Of a stretch of 64,000 nucleotides of DNA, positions 39,221 through 51,744 are shown piece by piece. Below the pieces are notes generated by a model that saw only the letters and a program-made list of their open reading frames with translations, was not told where the DNA came from and ran no database searches. Positions within the stretch are counted from its first letter, which is position 1. Each line of letters starts with the position of its first letter. Where the stretch lies: NCBI GenBank assembly GCA_964016885.1, contig OZ024744.1:63488001-63552000 (forward strand), given 5' to 3'. A program made the translations under genes and the position numbers. This DNA comes from Eledone cirrhosa (lineage: Eukaryota).

Positions 39221-39451
39221 CCGAGAGGCCTCAAACACTCCTTCCAGCAGGTCCTGCCAGAAGCAACTGTCTCCAGCTGATCCAGCTGGATCCCTAAGCC
39301 AGACCAACTAAACTGTTGGATGTTATCCAACCATCTTGCTCATGGTCTACCTCTGGGTCACCTGCCATTTGGTTTTGCTCATACAATCTGTCCAACGATT
39401 CTTTCCTAAGACATTCTAACCATATTCGGAGAAGTAGCGGCTCTACCTGGA

Positions 39452-39560
<109 letters not shown>

Positions 39561-39594
39561 AGATTTGAATGGATACAGTTTAGTTGAAAGGAAT

Positions 39595-39715
39595 TTATTG
39601 ACACGTGTTTCTATAACAGTTACATAACCTGAAAACAGCTGCTATCCACAAAGTATTAGTTATGCAGACAATCAATATTTCAATGTTATTATTTACTGTC
39701 ATTTCATCAGAATAA
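39595..39715 (-). ncRNA. Hammerhead ribozyme with large helix II loop
   Basis: TTATT-CTGATGA-A-ATGACAGT..(about 75 nt)..ACTGTTAT-A-GAAA-CACGTG-TC-AATAA. Confidence 0.75.
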
Positions 39716-39752
39716 TATTACTGAGGATATATATATATATATATATATATAT

Positions 39753-40870
39753 AATTCCAGATACAAGTAGGAGTACATCAGGGTTCGGTCCTCAGCCCGC
39801 TCTTGTTCATTATAGTCCTCCAAGCCATAACAGAGGAGTTTAAGACTGGCTGTCCATGGGAACTTCTCTATGCTGACGATCTGGTTCTTATAGCAGAATC
39901 AGTAGAGGAGCTAGAGAATAAATACTGGCTATGGAAACAGCAGTTGGAAGCAAGAGGACTGAGAGTAAATCTAGCTAAGACAAAAGTGTTGATGAGTAGA
40001 AAAGAGAACAAAACCCTGATTCCGTCAGGGAAATGGCCATGTTTGATATGCAGAAAAGGAACTGGCATAAATTCTATAAAATGCACACAATGCAGATCTT
40101 GGGTACACAAGAGATGTAGCGGGATAGCAGGCAAACTAACAGGTAGGGAGAAATATGTATGCAGTAGATGTACAGGGAAATTAGACAGTAGAAGTGGCAT
40201 TGATAGACACATTTTTCAAATGCAGGAGGGCGCTATAGAAGTGGTGGATAGCTTCCGGTACCTAGGAGATCAGATTAGCATGGGAGGAGGGTGTTCCGAG
40301 GCCATAGTATCTAGAATAAGGACGGGTTGGAAGAAGTTTAGGGAGCTGCTTCCTCTGTTGACGAAGAAGGGTTTCTCCCTGCGTACGAAAGGCCGGTTGA
40401 ATGATGCCTGTGTGAGGAGCGCGATGCTGCATGGTAGTGAGACATGGACAGTAACTGCAGAGGACATGCGACGGCTGGAGAGAAATGAGGCAAGCATGCT
40501 CCGTTGGATGTGCAGTGTAAATGTGCGTGAACGACCCAGCATGAATGTGTTGAGAGAGGAACTGTGCCTGAGAGGGATAGAATGTAGTGTACGGGAGAGG
40601 AGACTGAGGTGGTATGGACATGTGATGTGCATGGAGGATGACCAATGGGTGAAGAAGTGCCAGGAATTGCCAGTTGAAGGAAGACGTGGTAGAGGTAGAC
40701 CACGAAAAACATGGTCGGAGGTGGTGAGAACAGACCTCAGATCATTGAAGCTCACGGTGGAGATGACGAGGGACCGTTACGAGTGGAGAGATGCTGTGCT
40801 GAATAAGACCCGTCCCACCCTTGCAAGCAGGGAAAAGCAGACGTAAAATGATGATGATGATCATGATGAT
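39753..40870 (+). mobile_element. Young 5'-truncated RTE with PHD-like finger; open ORF 39803-40846
   Basis: GVHQG, LLYADD, C4HC3 insert, FRYLG, HGSETW, RGRGRPRKTW; (GAT)n tail. Confidence 0.92.
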
Positions 40871-41028
40871 ATATATGAAACACAAATTTTAATAATTTTG
40901 AAAATCATACTGGGAAATCAAAAATGCCAAGATAACAATAGAATCTTACCTTAGCAAATTTGATAAACCCAAATATTTTCGAGTTTAAAAACCCATTATC
41001 AAGGGAGTATCCCTATAAGGATCAATCG

Positions 41029-41120
41029 GAGTTGACTTGTTTGGAAAGCAGACTTAAGTTAATTGAGATGAAAAGACATTTTCGTTTAACTTAAGTCTGC
41101 TTTCCAAACAAGTCAACTCT
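41029..41120. repeat. Short inverted repeat (34-bp arms)
   Basis: GAGTTGACTTGTTTGGAAAGCAGACTTAAGTTAA / TTAACTTAAGTCTGCTTTCCAAACAAGTCAACTC. Confidence 0.85.
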
Positions 41121-41899
41121 TATAAATAATATAATATATACTATGTATAAATAAATATATATTTTTTATTTTACTATATTTATATATAATATGTATCATT
41201 TGATATTTAATATACTATTATATCATCTCTACTGCCCCTTAGGCTCCAGCCTCCCCTGGACCTTTTCAACGCCCCCCCCCCACCCCCGAGGGGCAGTAGC
41301 GCCCACTTTGAGAACCTTTGCCCTAGACCAAGCTTGTAACATGCTTGCTGTAATTTATAAGGCCAAGGCCACCTTCACCCAACCAAACCTACAAGAGATC
41401 AAGATTTATATAGGAATGTCAGAAGACTGATTTAGAATCTAATTCCTAAACAAGATATCCTTCAGGTATTGTTGCCCCCACACCCTCAAATTCATTCAAA
41501 GGAATTGGAACTCCAGCACCACAGATCCCATTCATTGACCACTGATATCACCTTTCCACTTTCACAGAGACCCTCCTCTCACAAACTCATTGATATTTTC
41601 CTTCTTAATCTATAGCCATTCTACATCGTTATTTCCCTTTATTTTTTATAGTTAACAACCAAATTACCTCCCTTTCTTTTCATTTTCCACTCTATATATT
41701 GAAATCAACTCTTTATATTTATTACCCTTCCTACTTCCATTTTTGGAACTCTTTCACAGACGAAGGAAAAGAACTCAACCATTTTAAAATAGTGTCAATA
41801 CAGGCTGAGGATTTGAGACCTGACTCAGAAATATCTGAAATACGCAGCCAAATAAACATTTGTACCTAAATGACATCATAGTTAGAGCAATAAATAGCT

Positions 41900-43085
41900 G
41901 TGTATGGGTTCCTGCTTCATCCGGCGTGGATATCCCCCCCTACACACACACACACCTTGATCCAAGCTGCTCTCACCCGCGCCCGTGAAACAGACCACAC
42001 CACAGCCTTCTCGCCCCCCTCCCGCTTACTACTTTTAAGCGCGCCCGCAACATCCGCGACTTCTTGGTTCGCAGTTCCATTTCGTCCTCTCCCACGACTC
42101 CACCCGGCTCTCATCCTTGTTCCCGTTCCCGCTGCAACACTTGTCCTTTTATTTCCACCTTCACCACTCTTACAGGCCCTAACGGGTATTTCCGTATCCG
42201 CGATTCCTTCACCTGCACATCCACCCACGTTGTCTATGCCCTCCGGTGTTCCCTTTGCGGGTCTTTATATATCGGACAAACGGGACGCCGTATGGCGGTC
42301 GTTTTGCCGAACATTTGAGGGACATACGACTCGGTTTGGATACTCCTGTCGCCTGTCATTTCTATTCTCCTGGTCATTTTCCCCTAGATGTTTCAGTACT
42401 GGGTGTCCTTTTACATCATGGATCACAGGCCTCGCGCACCAGGACTGAACAAAGTCTGATTCACCACCTTGGGTCCTATTCCCCTCTTGGACTCAATTCA
42501 CCTCCCCAATTTCTCTAATACCCCATCCATTATCACACCCCTAGATTCCTATCGCTTTCTCTTGATCATTAGCAGCTTCTCTTACAACTAATACAGGCCG
42601 ATACACACCCTTATATTAACATACTTTTGCTCATAGCTTCGTAATTACATGCACATACACTCTTTTACTCACATACACATTTCTTCTTAGCTTCGTACGG
42701 ACCTAAAATAACACACACACACATACAAACTCACGCTTACGTACGTGCTCAAGTATAGCTCTTTTTACAAAACGTTTTTTTTTTCCATTTCAGCTAGACG
42801 TGCTGCATCATCCTCTTTTTTAAAAAAACAAATCATACACAAAACGCCAACACCAACAGTTTTGCAAGAGATGTCAACATGAATGGACCTGTTATTTTTT
42901 ATCTAAAGACATTTTTTCCAATTCCATCCCGCTCGACCCCTCAATCTATTTTATTTCTCATTCTTTCTTCTGATGAAGGACTGGCGTCCGAAACGTTAAG
43001 ACCCTCTTCCTGCTAAATCAAGCGTTAACCTAATATATACCTTCCATATACTGTACCGATTGGGTTGTTATTTCTGTTTAAATTT
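41900..43085 (+). mobile_element. Neptune-like PLE 3' part (Cys linker + GIY-YIG + pLTR)
   Basis: CSRSRCNTC, VVYALRCSLC..YIGQTGR, RFAEH..VACHF..H, PLGLN. Confidence 0.85.
42965..43001 (+). ncRNA. Minimal hammerhead ribozyme
   Basis: CTGATGA-A-GGAC-tggc-GTCC-GAAA-CGTTA. Confidence 0.8.
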
Positions 43086-43086
43086 T

Positions 43087-43126
<40 letters not shown>

Positions 43127-43127
43127 G

Positions 43128-43671
43128 TTTTTCCGGGTTCAATAGGGAGTAACCACGGTAAGTAAGGTACTCAATACATAGCAGAGTATAAATATTTAAT
43201 ATAGAAAAGCATCTACAGGACTAGAACTGTTTCATTCGTGAGAAATCATCAGGAAGCTGACTGTCCAAGTAAATATGGTGGTATTTATATCTTTTCTAGT
43301 GGTAGGAGAGGGTGGGGATTGGGATAGGTGGTGGTCATTGGTTGATGGGTTTAAAGAAAAGGGAATTCTTTAAAAGCTAATTCTTTAAAGCTATAATTTA
43401 TATTTAAAGTGACAAAGGCAGAAAGAGTACTATAAACAAGTTCAGATTGAAGTACCACTCTTTATTTTTAAGTTTCTCTTAAGCTAACAATGCCTCTATT
43501 TCAAGTGTGTACAGGATGGGTGGAGGTGATTGGTTTAAAGAAAGGGGAATTCTTTAAAAGCTAATTCTTTAAAGCTGTATTTACAGTGACAAAGGCAGAA
43601 AGAATTCAATTTGCGGGTGCTTCTCCTTGTTAATTTCTCTTAAGTTATATTTCAGGTGTCTACAAGCACAT

Positions 43672-43707
<36 letters not shown>

Positions 43708-44705
43708 CACACATTCATACACATATATATACATATACACACACCTACACTTAAAAGCATATATGCATATATGTACACATACATATATACATATATAGAT
43801 ATATATACACATATATATACATATACCCATATACATACATACATATACAAATATACACGCATATATGCATATATACACATATATACACACACGCACACAC
43901 ACACACACACACATATATATATACATATACATATATATATATATATAACGAAGGAAATGTGGTAAGGAACCAGATGGACCATAACGCACCAAACTACTCA
44001 ATACTTAGGGTAGTAGAGTGGGTAATAGGAACGAGTAGGACCCCGACGGCTGAGCTCAAGCCGTTTCGACGGCTAATTCAGTCCAGAATTAGCCGTCGAA
44101 ACGGCTTGAGCTCAGCCGTCGGGGTTCTACTCGTTCCTATATATATATAAACATATATATATATATACAAGTGGAAGCTTAGTAAAATCGAAGCTTTGGC
44201 TGCGGCCAAGCAAAGTCGACCTACAATAAGGAATGAGTAGCAAAGCACTCAATAAGGGAAGGTGTTCAGAGTAAGAACATTACGTTTAGATAGTTTGACA
44301 AATTGAAAATTGCGGCAGGCAAAACCCAGCCATACAATACCAAAACAACGAAAACACTATTCAGGTTAGACAATACATGTATATGTATATATACCCACAA
44401 ACATACATAAATACACATACATGCACATACATGTATATACATGCACATACATGCACATGCATGCATACATTACACATATACATATACATATATATATATA
44501 CATATATATATATATATTAATAAAAGGAATTCCAACTTTGTCTGATTTACTCATTTTATTTACAATCCTTTAAAATTATAAAGATATTATAATGAAATAT
44601 TTTGGTAGAATATTAAGTGTTAAATGTTAAATGAACAAGTACTTTCATGCTTTCGCAATATTCAGGTTCATATTCAGTGGTGACAGTCAAGTTTGCAATT
44701 TTCGA

Positions 44706-44766
<61 letters not shown>

Positions 44767-44767
44767 T

Positions 44768-44832
<65 letters not shown>

Positions 44833-47245
44833 AACATATACATACATATACACATACATAATCATATACATACGTATACATAAACAAATACACACACATG
44901 CATATATACACATACTTATATACATGCATTCAATGAAGTACATCATATATGTGGAAAAATCAGATAGGTAAGAAGTACTTACATAACCATGGTGCCGTGT
45001 GGCGGGTCGAGATGGGGGTAGGGGTAGGGTAGAATGGAGGTGGAGGGGATATTTTGTCGAGTGGGTTTTTTTTTAAAGGAAATTTTTTTAGCCATCTGGC
45101 ATCAACACTGGCTTAAGATATTGGAAAGCTGCAAAGTTTTTGTGCATGTAATTCTGGCAGAGTTCAGAGAGTTTGTTCAGTATCGGGCCCTGGGCAAATA
45201 GTATTTCGTAGCTCTCTGAAATACAAAGGTCGCAGCACTTGTGTCGTCCCTTGTATGAGTGCGCTTTATGGAGTATTTTCCATTTAAGCGTGAAAGGGGT
45301 GGAGTTCCTTTTGAGGTCCTAGATATAGGAGGCGAGTGTTGTCTGATTTGATTTGTCTGGTCTTCTGAAAGAGTGGGTATGGGCTTACCACCGGGTCTTA
45401 AAGTTGTTGGAAGTCATTCCGATATAAGTCATTTTGTTATTGTCATCAGTGCCGGAGATGACATCACATTTGTATACGATGTAATTTGTCAGGCATTTGT
45501 TTTCAAGTGGGCAGGCTTTCTTATTTTGGCAGTTGCACAAAGCTCCCGTCCGGGGATTCGGTGCGGAGGTAGTAGGCTTAATTAATTTTGTAGTGTTGAG
45601 ATTGGCAATTTGAAGAAAGTCCTAGCTATGCCTATTCCTTCTAGGTAGTCTTGGGGTGGTTTCTAGATAAGTGATCTTTTCTTTAAATCCGCTGCGGGCG
45701 AGGGCGTCGTTGTAGTAAGAGGCAGAGGCGATAAAGATATCTTCATTGGCCGAGAGGCCGGAGATTCTGATTGAGACGCTTGTAACTAAGTTATCTGTGA
45801 TGTTTTGGGGGTGGTTAGAATTAACATTTATATATCTGAAGGACTCGTTAGGTTTGTGGTATGGGTAATAGAGGGAAGTATCTAAGTCTAGACTGACATC
45901 TAAAAAGTTGGCCCTAGTCATATTAGATTCTAAGGTTATTCTAAATCCTAGATTACGGAAGAACGAGCTTAAGTTTCTCCGAAACCCATCAGTGGTTCCG
46001 GGGTTAACCTTGTGCAAGGCGAAAAGGCCATCATCTCGGTATAATCCTCCGGTAAGGCCCGTGAAGAGGTTCTTCATGTGGTGAAAGTTGTACAGGCCCA
46101 CGAGGTCGTTAATTTCAGCCGAGTCACTTGCTCCGATGCTGACGTCAAAAGGGGTCTAAGACTTCTTGTTGATCCAGTAAGATTCCTCGTGGTGTAGAAA
46201 GGTCTTACGGGCGTGGAGTATCACATCCTGCTCAGCGTCGGTTATGGTTGTAAAATTCCTGGCAAAAGCAAGTGCGTCCTTCAGTAGGGGCTCAGAGATA
46301 GAAAGATAGAAGTCTTCTATGACGAGTTGCAGGAAGCGAGTGTGGCGTTTGTCGGCCAATTCTTAAAACCAAGAGAATGCCTCGGAAGTTCTGCTCCAGA
46401 GTGGGAGTGGTGAAGCCACCCGCACTGATGGTAGAAATCTGTCGAGGATCTTTTTGCTGATAGAGTCGATGTCCGAACGTGTGGGGTTGATAGGTCTGAC
46501 TGATGGTTTGTTGAGGAAGTTTCCCTTGTGGTCCTTCAGGGTAAAGTGCGGGGTCTTTATCCTTAAAGGTTCCGTTCGGTCGTGTAATTTAAGGGATTTG
46601 GCAATTTCTTTTCCGGCCGCATTGATCTCTGTCAATGCCATCTCATTCACCTTTTTGTAGGTAGTCGTGATAGCATTTTTGCCAGCTTATTATAGGTTGG
46701 TAGGTCTACCTCATAAACGTTTTTGGTTTTATCGGAGGAGACATGGAGATTGGGGGAAGTTTTCATTTTCCGCATTTCAGTATTTAAGTAGGCTCAGAAT
46801 GGTGTGTTGGCTCTACGAAATTTGATATCTTTGATCATCTTGAAGAGGTCTTTCTCAAATGGTTCAAGTAGGCTGTTGATGGGTGGTGCCTTATTCGTTT
46901 TGAAACCGAACTTCTTATCATTGGTAGATGCAACATCAAGGTTGTCAAAGAAGAAGGCTCTCCATCTAATTCGCTTGATGAACTCGTATGTACGTCTGAT
47001 GAGTGTTTTTAGGTAAAGTTTCCTTGAAGGGATCAGTATGTGTATATATGTATGTGTGTGTGTATTTGTTTATGCATACGTATGTATATGATTATGTATG
47101 TGTATATATGTATGTTTATGTGTATATATGTATATATATATATATTAATATATGTGTATGTATATTGTATGTATATATGTGTATATATGCATGTATGCGT
47201 GTATATTTGTATATGTATGTATGTGTATGGGTATATGTATAATGT
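43128..47245 (-). mobile_element. Naiad-like PLE (RT + GIY-YIG 45090-47033; 3' pLTR 43128-43660), with nested insertions and an inverted 5' piece
   Basis: RIRWRAFF, DKT, TLKDHK, DVSIGASDSAE, GGLYRDDG, NFLDVSL, CNC..CPL, YIG; pLTR hammerhead CTGATGA..GAAA at 43224-43255. Confidence 0.9.
43945..44142. repeat. PLE-end fold-back centred on hammerhead helix II
   Basis: Arms 44025-44079 and 44086-44140; GAATTAGCCGTC-GAAA-CGGCT-tgagctc-AGCCG-TC. Confidence 0.9.
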
Positions 47246-47502
47246 ATATATATACATATTGAGTATATGTTGGTTATTTACCGACACCTCAATATGCAGA
47301 TTGGAGCACTCGACGAAGGCTGGTTTTTTACTCCGGAGTAATGTATAATAATTAAGTCAAATATGTAAAATGTTGCTTCGTTTATTATGAATTATAGATA
47401 TACTGCTATATATATATATGTGTATATATCTATGTGTATATATATATGCATATATACATATATTTTTATATGTGTATGTGTGTGTATATGTATATACGTG
47501 TA

Positions 47503-47559
<57 letters not shown>

Positions 47560-47567
<8 letters not shown>

Positions 47568-48597
47568 GCAGAACACTGGAAGGTAATATCCGTAGTGGTA
47601 GAGCACTCAGTCCATGGGACGAGTTAGGTAGAAGTGGTTACACAACAGTTAGTTCACCATACCGAGGACAATTGTTTCACCTTAACGGATCCTCAGCTCG
47701 TAATGGACATGGTTATACGGAACAGGAGGGACAACCGTACGAACGCGCATGCGCAGAAACCGTCACTCCACACAGGCAATACTAAAAAGCGTGCGAGAGG
47801 TGTAAGGGAGATAACTGCGAAAGTCCGAAAAGTTTCTAGTTGATAAGAAAATTAGGATGTTGTGATTCAATCCGGAGCTTTGTAGTTATGTAAGAGGTGT
47901 TCGAGACGTGTGGACAACGTGTGAAGAATTCATTCCTCGTGTTTAGGCAATCACTATTGCATAATCTCTTTAGAATATTTATTCGTTCATCAATACATAG
48001 TCCACACGACGGATTTCCCCTTGCGTATGGCTTGGACTTAGTGATGGCTTTCCATTGAATGGAGTAGTCTATACTTGAGTCCTTGAGGGATCATACGTAG
48101 CTCGCGAGTTTCGTGGATGAACGTCTGTCCGGGTACCTAAAGGTCGACTGGTGGTTCAGGAAGCGTTCCTTAAATCGGCCCTCCGCCATGCCCACATAGG
48201 ATTTGACCTCCTATGGTTGATTTGGGTGTGTTGCATTGCTGTTGAAGGGGACAGCTTCGGGCTTACGACAAGAGCACCCTGGTGGGGTGTTGCTCTTAGG
48301 GCTGTTGGTGGGCTTTCATGTGCTTAGCGCAGGAGTATCCTAGTTTTACTTTGTGTCGGTTAAAGATGGAGCGGTATTTATGACCTATGTGAAAGTGTCT
48401 ATCTAAGAAGGCTAGAAATTTTTTGTCTACATTGTTTTTAACGTTGAGTGAGAAGGGAGGAGAGAACCAGATAGTTTGTCTATTGTTACGCTTGTTTTAT
48501 TTGGAGGAAATTAAGAAGTCGAAAGTACAGTTTAGCTGTCTACGTGCATTGTTCATAGAAATATTGCTGAGCTCCTTCTTTTCATACTCCTTCTGTG
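47560..48597 (-). mobile_element. Decayed Naiad-like PLE 3' part
   Basis: Minus strand SYVGMAEGRFKERFLNHQSTF..QWK..CGLC..E..LN..C.H. Confidence 0.8.
47657..47706 (-). ncRNA. Minimal hammerhead ribozyme
   Basis: CCATTACGAG-CTGAGGA-T-CC/GG-T-GAAA-CAATTG-TC-CTCGGTATGG. Confidence 0.8.
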
Positions 48598-49767
48598 ACA
48601 GTTGTACCCCGGCGTTTCCACTCTGTTTTGGCCTATCGGAGTAAATGTGAAAGAGAAAGTCATAGGTTAAGTTGGCAGAAGGTTTCAGTGTCGTAGCAGT
48701 AAGGCATAGGCTACTTACCTCAAAAGTTAATTCGCACTCTTTCCACTAAGTTACTCTTTCTCTTTATCCCTCTCGGTGCAGACCCTTGCGAATTTCTCGC
48801 ATAGGCCTGGTGTAGATTTGCACCTGATCCATCTGCCTGATGCACATGTCCGCTTTGTACGGCTTTTGATGGAAGGAGTGACCAGCAGTATGTTGTTCCG
48901 TATTATTACGAAAAGGTGTAGCAGAGAATCCCGCGTGAACTAACATTTGCCATCGTTCTTGTCAACGTTATGTTTAGTTGGTATTTGTTGGTCTACAGTT
49001 AGATGAATGGCGCACAAAGGGTTAATGTTTATTGGCAAGAAGTTTTTTGATTAATAAAAGACGGGTTAAAGCGACCTACAATGTATCATTCTGCGTTGAT
49101 GTTAGCGGTTTTCATTATTGTCAATGAGTTTTTTGGATGGCAAATTCGAGACCCTTCTGTTTCTCCCTCAATAAACTGACTCCTATGAAGACCATTCCAT
49201 GTTGGCCTGCAGATGGAAATGCAGAACGCAAAGGTGAAAGTTCAGTGGTAATGGGAGTCCTATGTAGCAGCAGTAACATTGACATTGCTTACAGCGTGTG
49301 CTTTCACCCTTAACGGGATCTTCTGAAATTAAAAAAATTAATCTGTGAACGCAGAAGTAAATATTTTGAAGGAAAACAGGAAGACGGTACTTTGGTTCGT
49401 GAAGATGTTCCCTGGCAATGAACAGAAAATAGCGAAGAAAATACATCATCAATGAGAACAATGTTTGTCATAATGTCGTAATGCAGACAGCCAGACATAC
49501 AGACAGATATTATAAGGGCGCGACGTTATAGCTATGTATCTATTTAAAAAGACAAACTAAGAAAGACAGAGAGATCGATAACCGGCACCTAACACCCCTT
49601 TAACAACAGAACATTGAAAAATAAAAGCTGCAGTTAATATCTTTAGACTGCAAGGAATATATAAATGCAAGTTTGAAGTCAATTGGAGTAGAAATGTGGA
49701 TTTGTATAGACTTTGCAAAAATAAGGACACACACATAGAGACAATTCAGTTTTATATATATGTATAG

Positions 49768-49768
<1 letters not shown>
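48598..49768 (-). mobile_element. Non-autonomous Helitron with internal unique sequence
   Basis: TCTATA..ATAAAA start; shares ATAACGTCGCGCCCTTATAATATCTGTCTG with 14146; end AACGCCGGGGTACAACTG. Confidence 0.6.
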
Positions 49769-49811
<43 letters not shown>

Positions 49812-49816
<5 letters not shown>

Positions 49817-50405
49817 AAATTGAGGTTGGTAATGGCACATGGAATATATAAGAGACAGAATACTTTTTTGTGAAAAAACATAATTTTATAAGGTAAGGAA
49901 ATAATAAAGGGTATAAAAAATGACCGGTTTCGATGGGTCTGCAAAAGCCATCTTTTCAAATGTTGATTAATATTAAGAAAAATTAATAATACGAAGAGTT
50001 AAAATTTGAGACTTGAAAATTCAAGTATAAAAGTGTGTGTATATTGCCTCCACCCCCCACTGACCAGCAGCCGGCTATTGCCAAACCTGACCCCTACAAA
50101 ATAACCCACACCCCAAATAACCTCTCATTCACCACCAGAAAGGGACACAGCAGTCAACCTGTTGTTGCCACCTAGATGAAAACTGCTATGAAATGAATTT
50201 TCAAGTCTCAAATTTTAACTCTTCGTATTATTAATTTTTCTTAATATTAATCAACATTTGAAAAGATGGCTTTTGCAGACCCATCGAAACCGGTCATTTT
50301 TTATACCCTTTATTATTTCCTTACCTTATAAAATTATGTTTTTTCACAAAAAAGTATTCTGTCTCTTATATATTCCATGTGCCATTACCAACCTCAATTT
50401 TCTCT
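49812..50405. repeat. Near-perfect fold-back (about 210-bp arms) with a variant hammerhead in each arm
   Basis: Arms 49812-50023 and 50194-50405; TTGAAAA-GATGG/CCATC-GAAA-CCGG-TC at 50258-50295. Confidence 0.9.
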
Positions 50406-50436
50406 ATAACCTTCGTTTTGTGTAGAAAATTACACT

Positions 50437-50496
<60 letters not shown>

Positions 50497-50531
50497 GTAT
50501 ATATATATATATGTATATATATATATGTATA

Positions 50532-50621
<90 letters not shown>

Positions 50622-50623
50622 TG

Positions 50624-51153
50624 AATGTATGTATAGTATATTTGGTAATATACCGTATGTTTAATTAAAAACATTTTGAAGACCTTCCGCTATCATTTTA
50701 AAGTAGTGACTATGTCACTTACTTCTTTTTTCGGCAAAGAAAGGGAGAGAAGCTGACAGATTCTGTTTCACACTGTTGGTGTTCCTCAGAGCAGCGTACT
50801 TCCCGACCTCTGCCGACGAAAATTATAGAGACTGAATTCTTAGAGAATTCCAGTAATAATCAGGAACTGATTATACAGAGCGATTGCCGGTTCACCAATC
50901 AGTTCCTGATTATTACTGGAATTCTCTAAGAATCCAGCCGCTATAATTTTCGTCGGCAGAGGTCGGGAAGTACGCTGCTCTGAGGAACACCAACAGTGTG
51001 AAACAGAATATGTCAGCTTCTCTCCCTTTCTTTGCCGAAAAAAGAAGTAAGTGACATAGTCATTACTTTAAAATGATAGCGGAAGGTCTTCAAAATGTTT
51101 TTATGTTTTTAATTAAACATACGGTATATTACCAAATATACTATACATACATT
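50624..51153. repeat. Near-perfect fold-back (about 250-bp arms) with a hammerhead in each arm
   Basis: 24-nt loop at 50872-50895; GCT-CTGAGGA-ACAC/GTGT-GAAA-CAG-aat-CTG-TC-AGC (minus 50752-50792; plus 50977-51017). Confidence 0.92.
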
Positions 51154-51188
51154 TATGTATACATCGCTATTTGAGAGCACCAATCCTA

Positions 51189-51299
<111 letters not shown>

Positions 51300-51316
51300 C
51301 AGTATATATATATATA

Positions 51317-51545
51317 TATCAATAAAAATAACAGGAGGCTGGGCTGGTGTAAATCCTTGAAACCTTTCAAGGATTTACACCAGTCCAGCCTCCCGTTATT
51401 TTTATTGATAATTAACTCCGTATTCGCGCCACCAACTACACAAACGAAGGCGGGTGAACTGCACTACGTTGAGTACTCTCCACAATATTACACCAAGATT
51501 GACCATACGGAATTCTATCCAGTGGTGAACCAACAAACCTAAAGA
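51317..51545. repeat. PLE terminus with a palindrome of about 45-bp arms (51317-51410)
   Basis: ATCAATAAAAATAAC.GGAGGCTGG.CTGGTGTAAATCCTTGAAA and its inverse; both ends related to 34195-34620. Confidence 0.7.
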
Positions 51546-51551
51546 TATATA

Positions 51552-51660
<109 letters not shown>

Positions 51661-51744
51661 TTGTGTGTATATATATATATGTTTGTATGTGTATGTGTAT
51701 GTATGTATATATGTGTATGTATATTTATATATATATATATATAT

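Noticed and set aside
38890-39330. Poly-K, poly-E and poly-L ORFs
   Set aside because: They are reading frames of the (TTC)n tract
41800-41850. CTGAGGA..GAAA hammerhead-like motif (also about 33245 and 44645)
   Set aside because: Helices or cleavage site are too degenerate to support a call
45004-45050. G-quadruplex-like runs (also 6300-6335, 43310-43335)
   Set aside because: They are compositional features of retroelement 3' UTRs; there is no independent evidence of function
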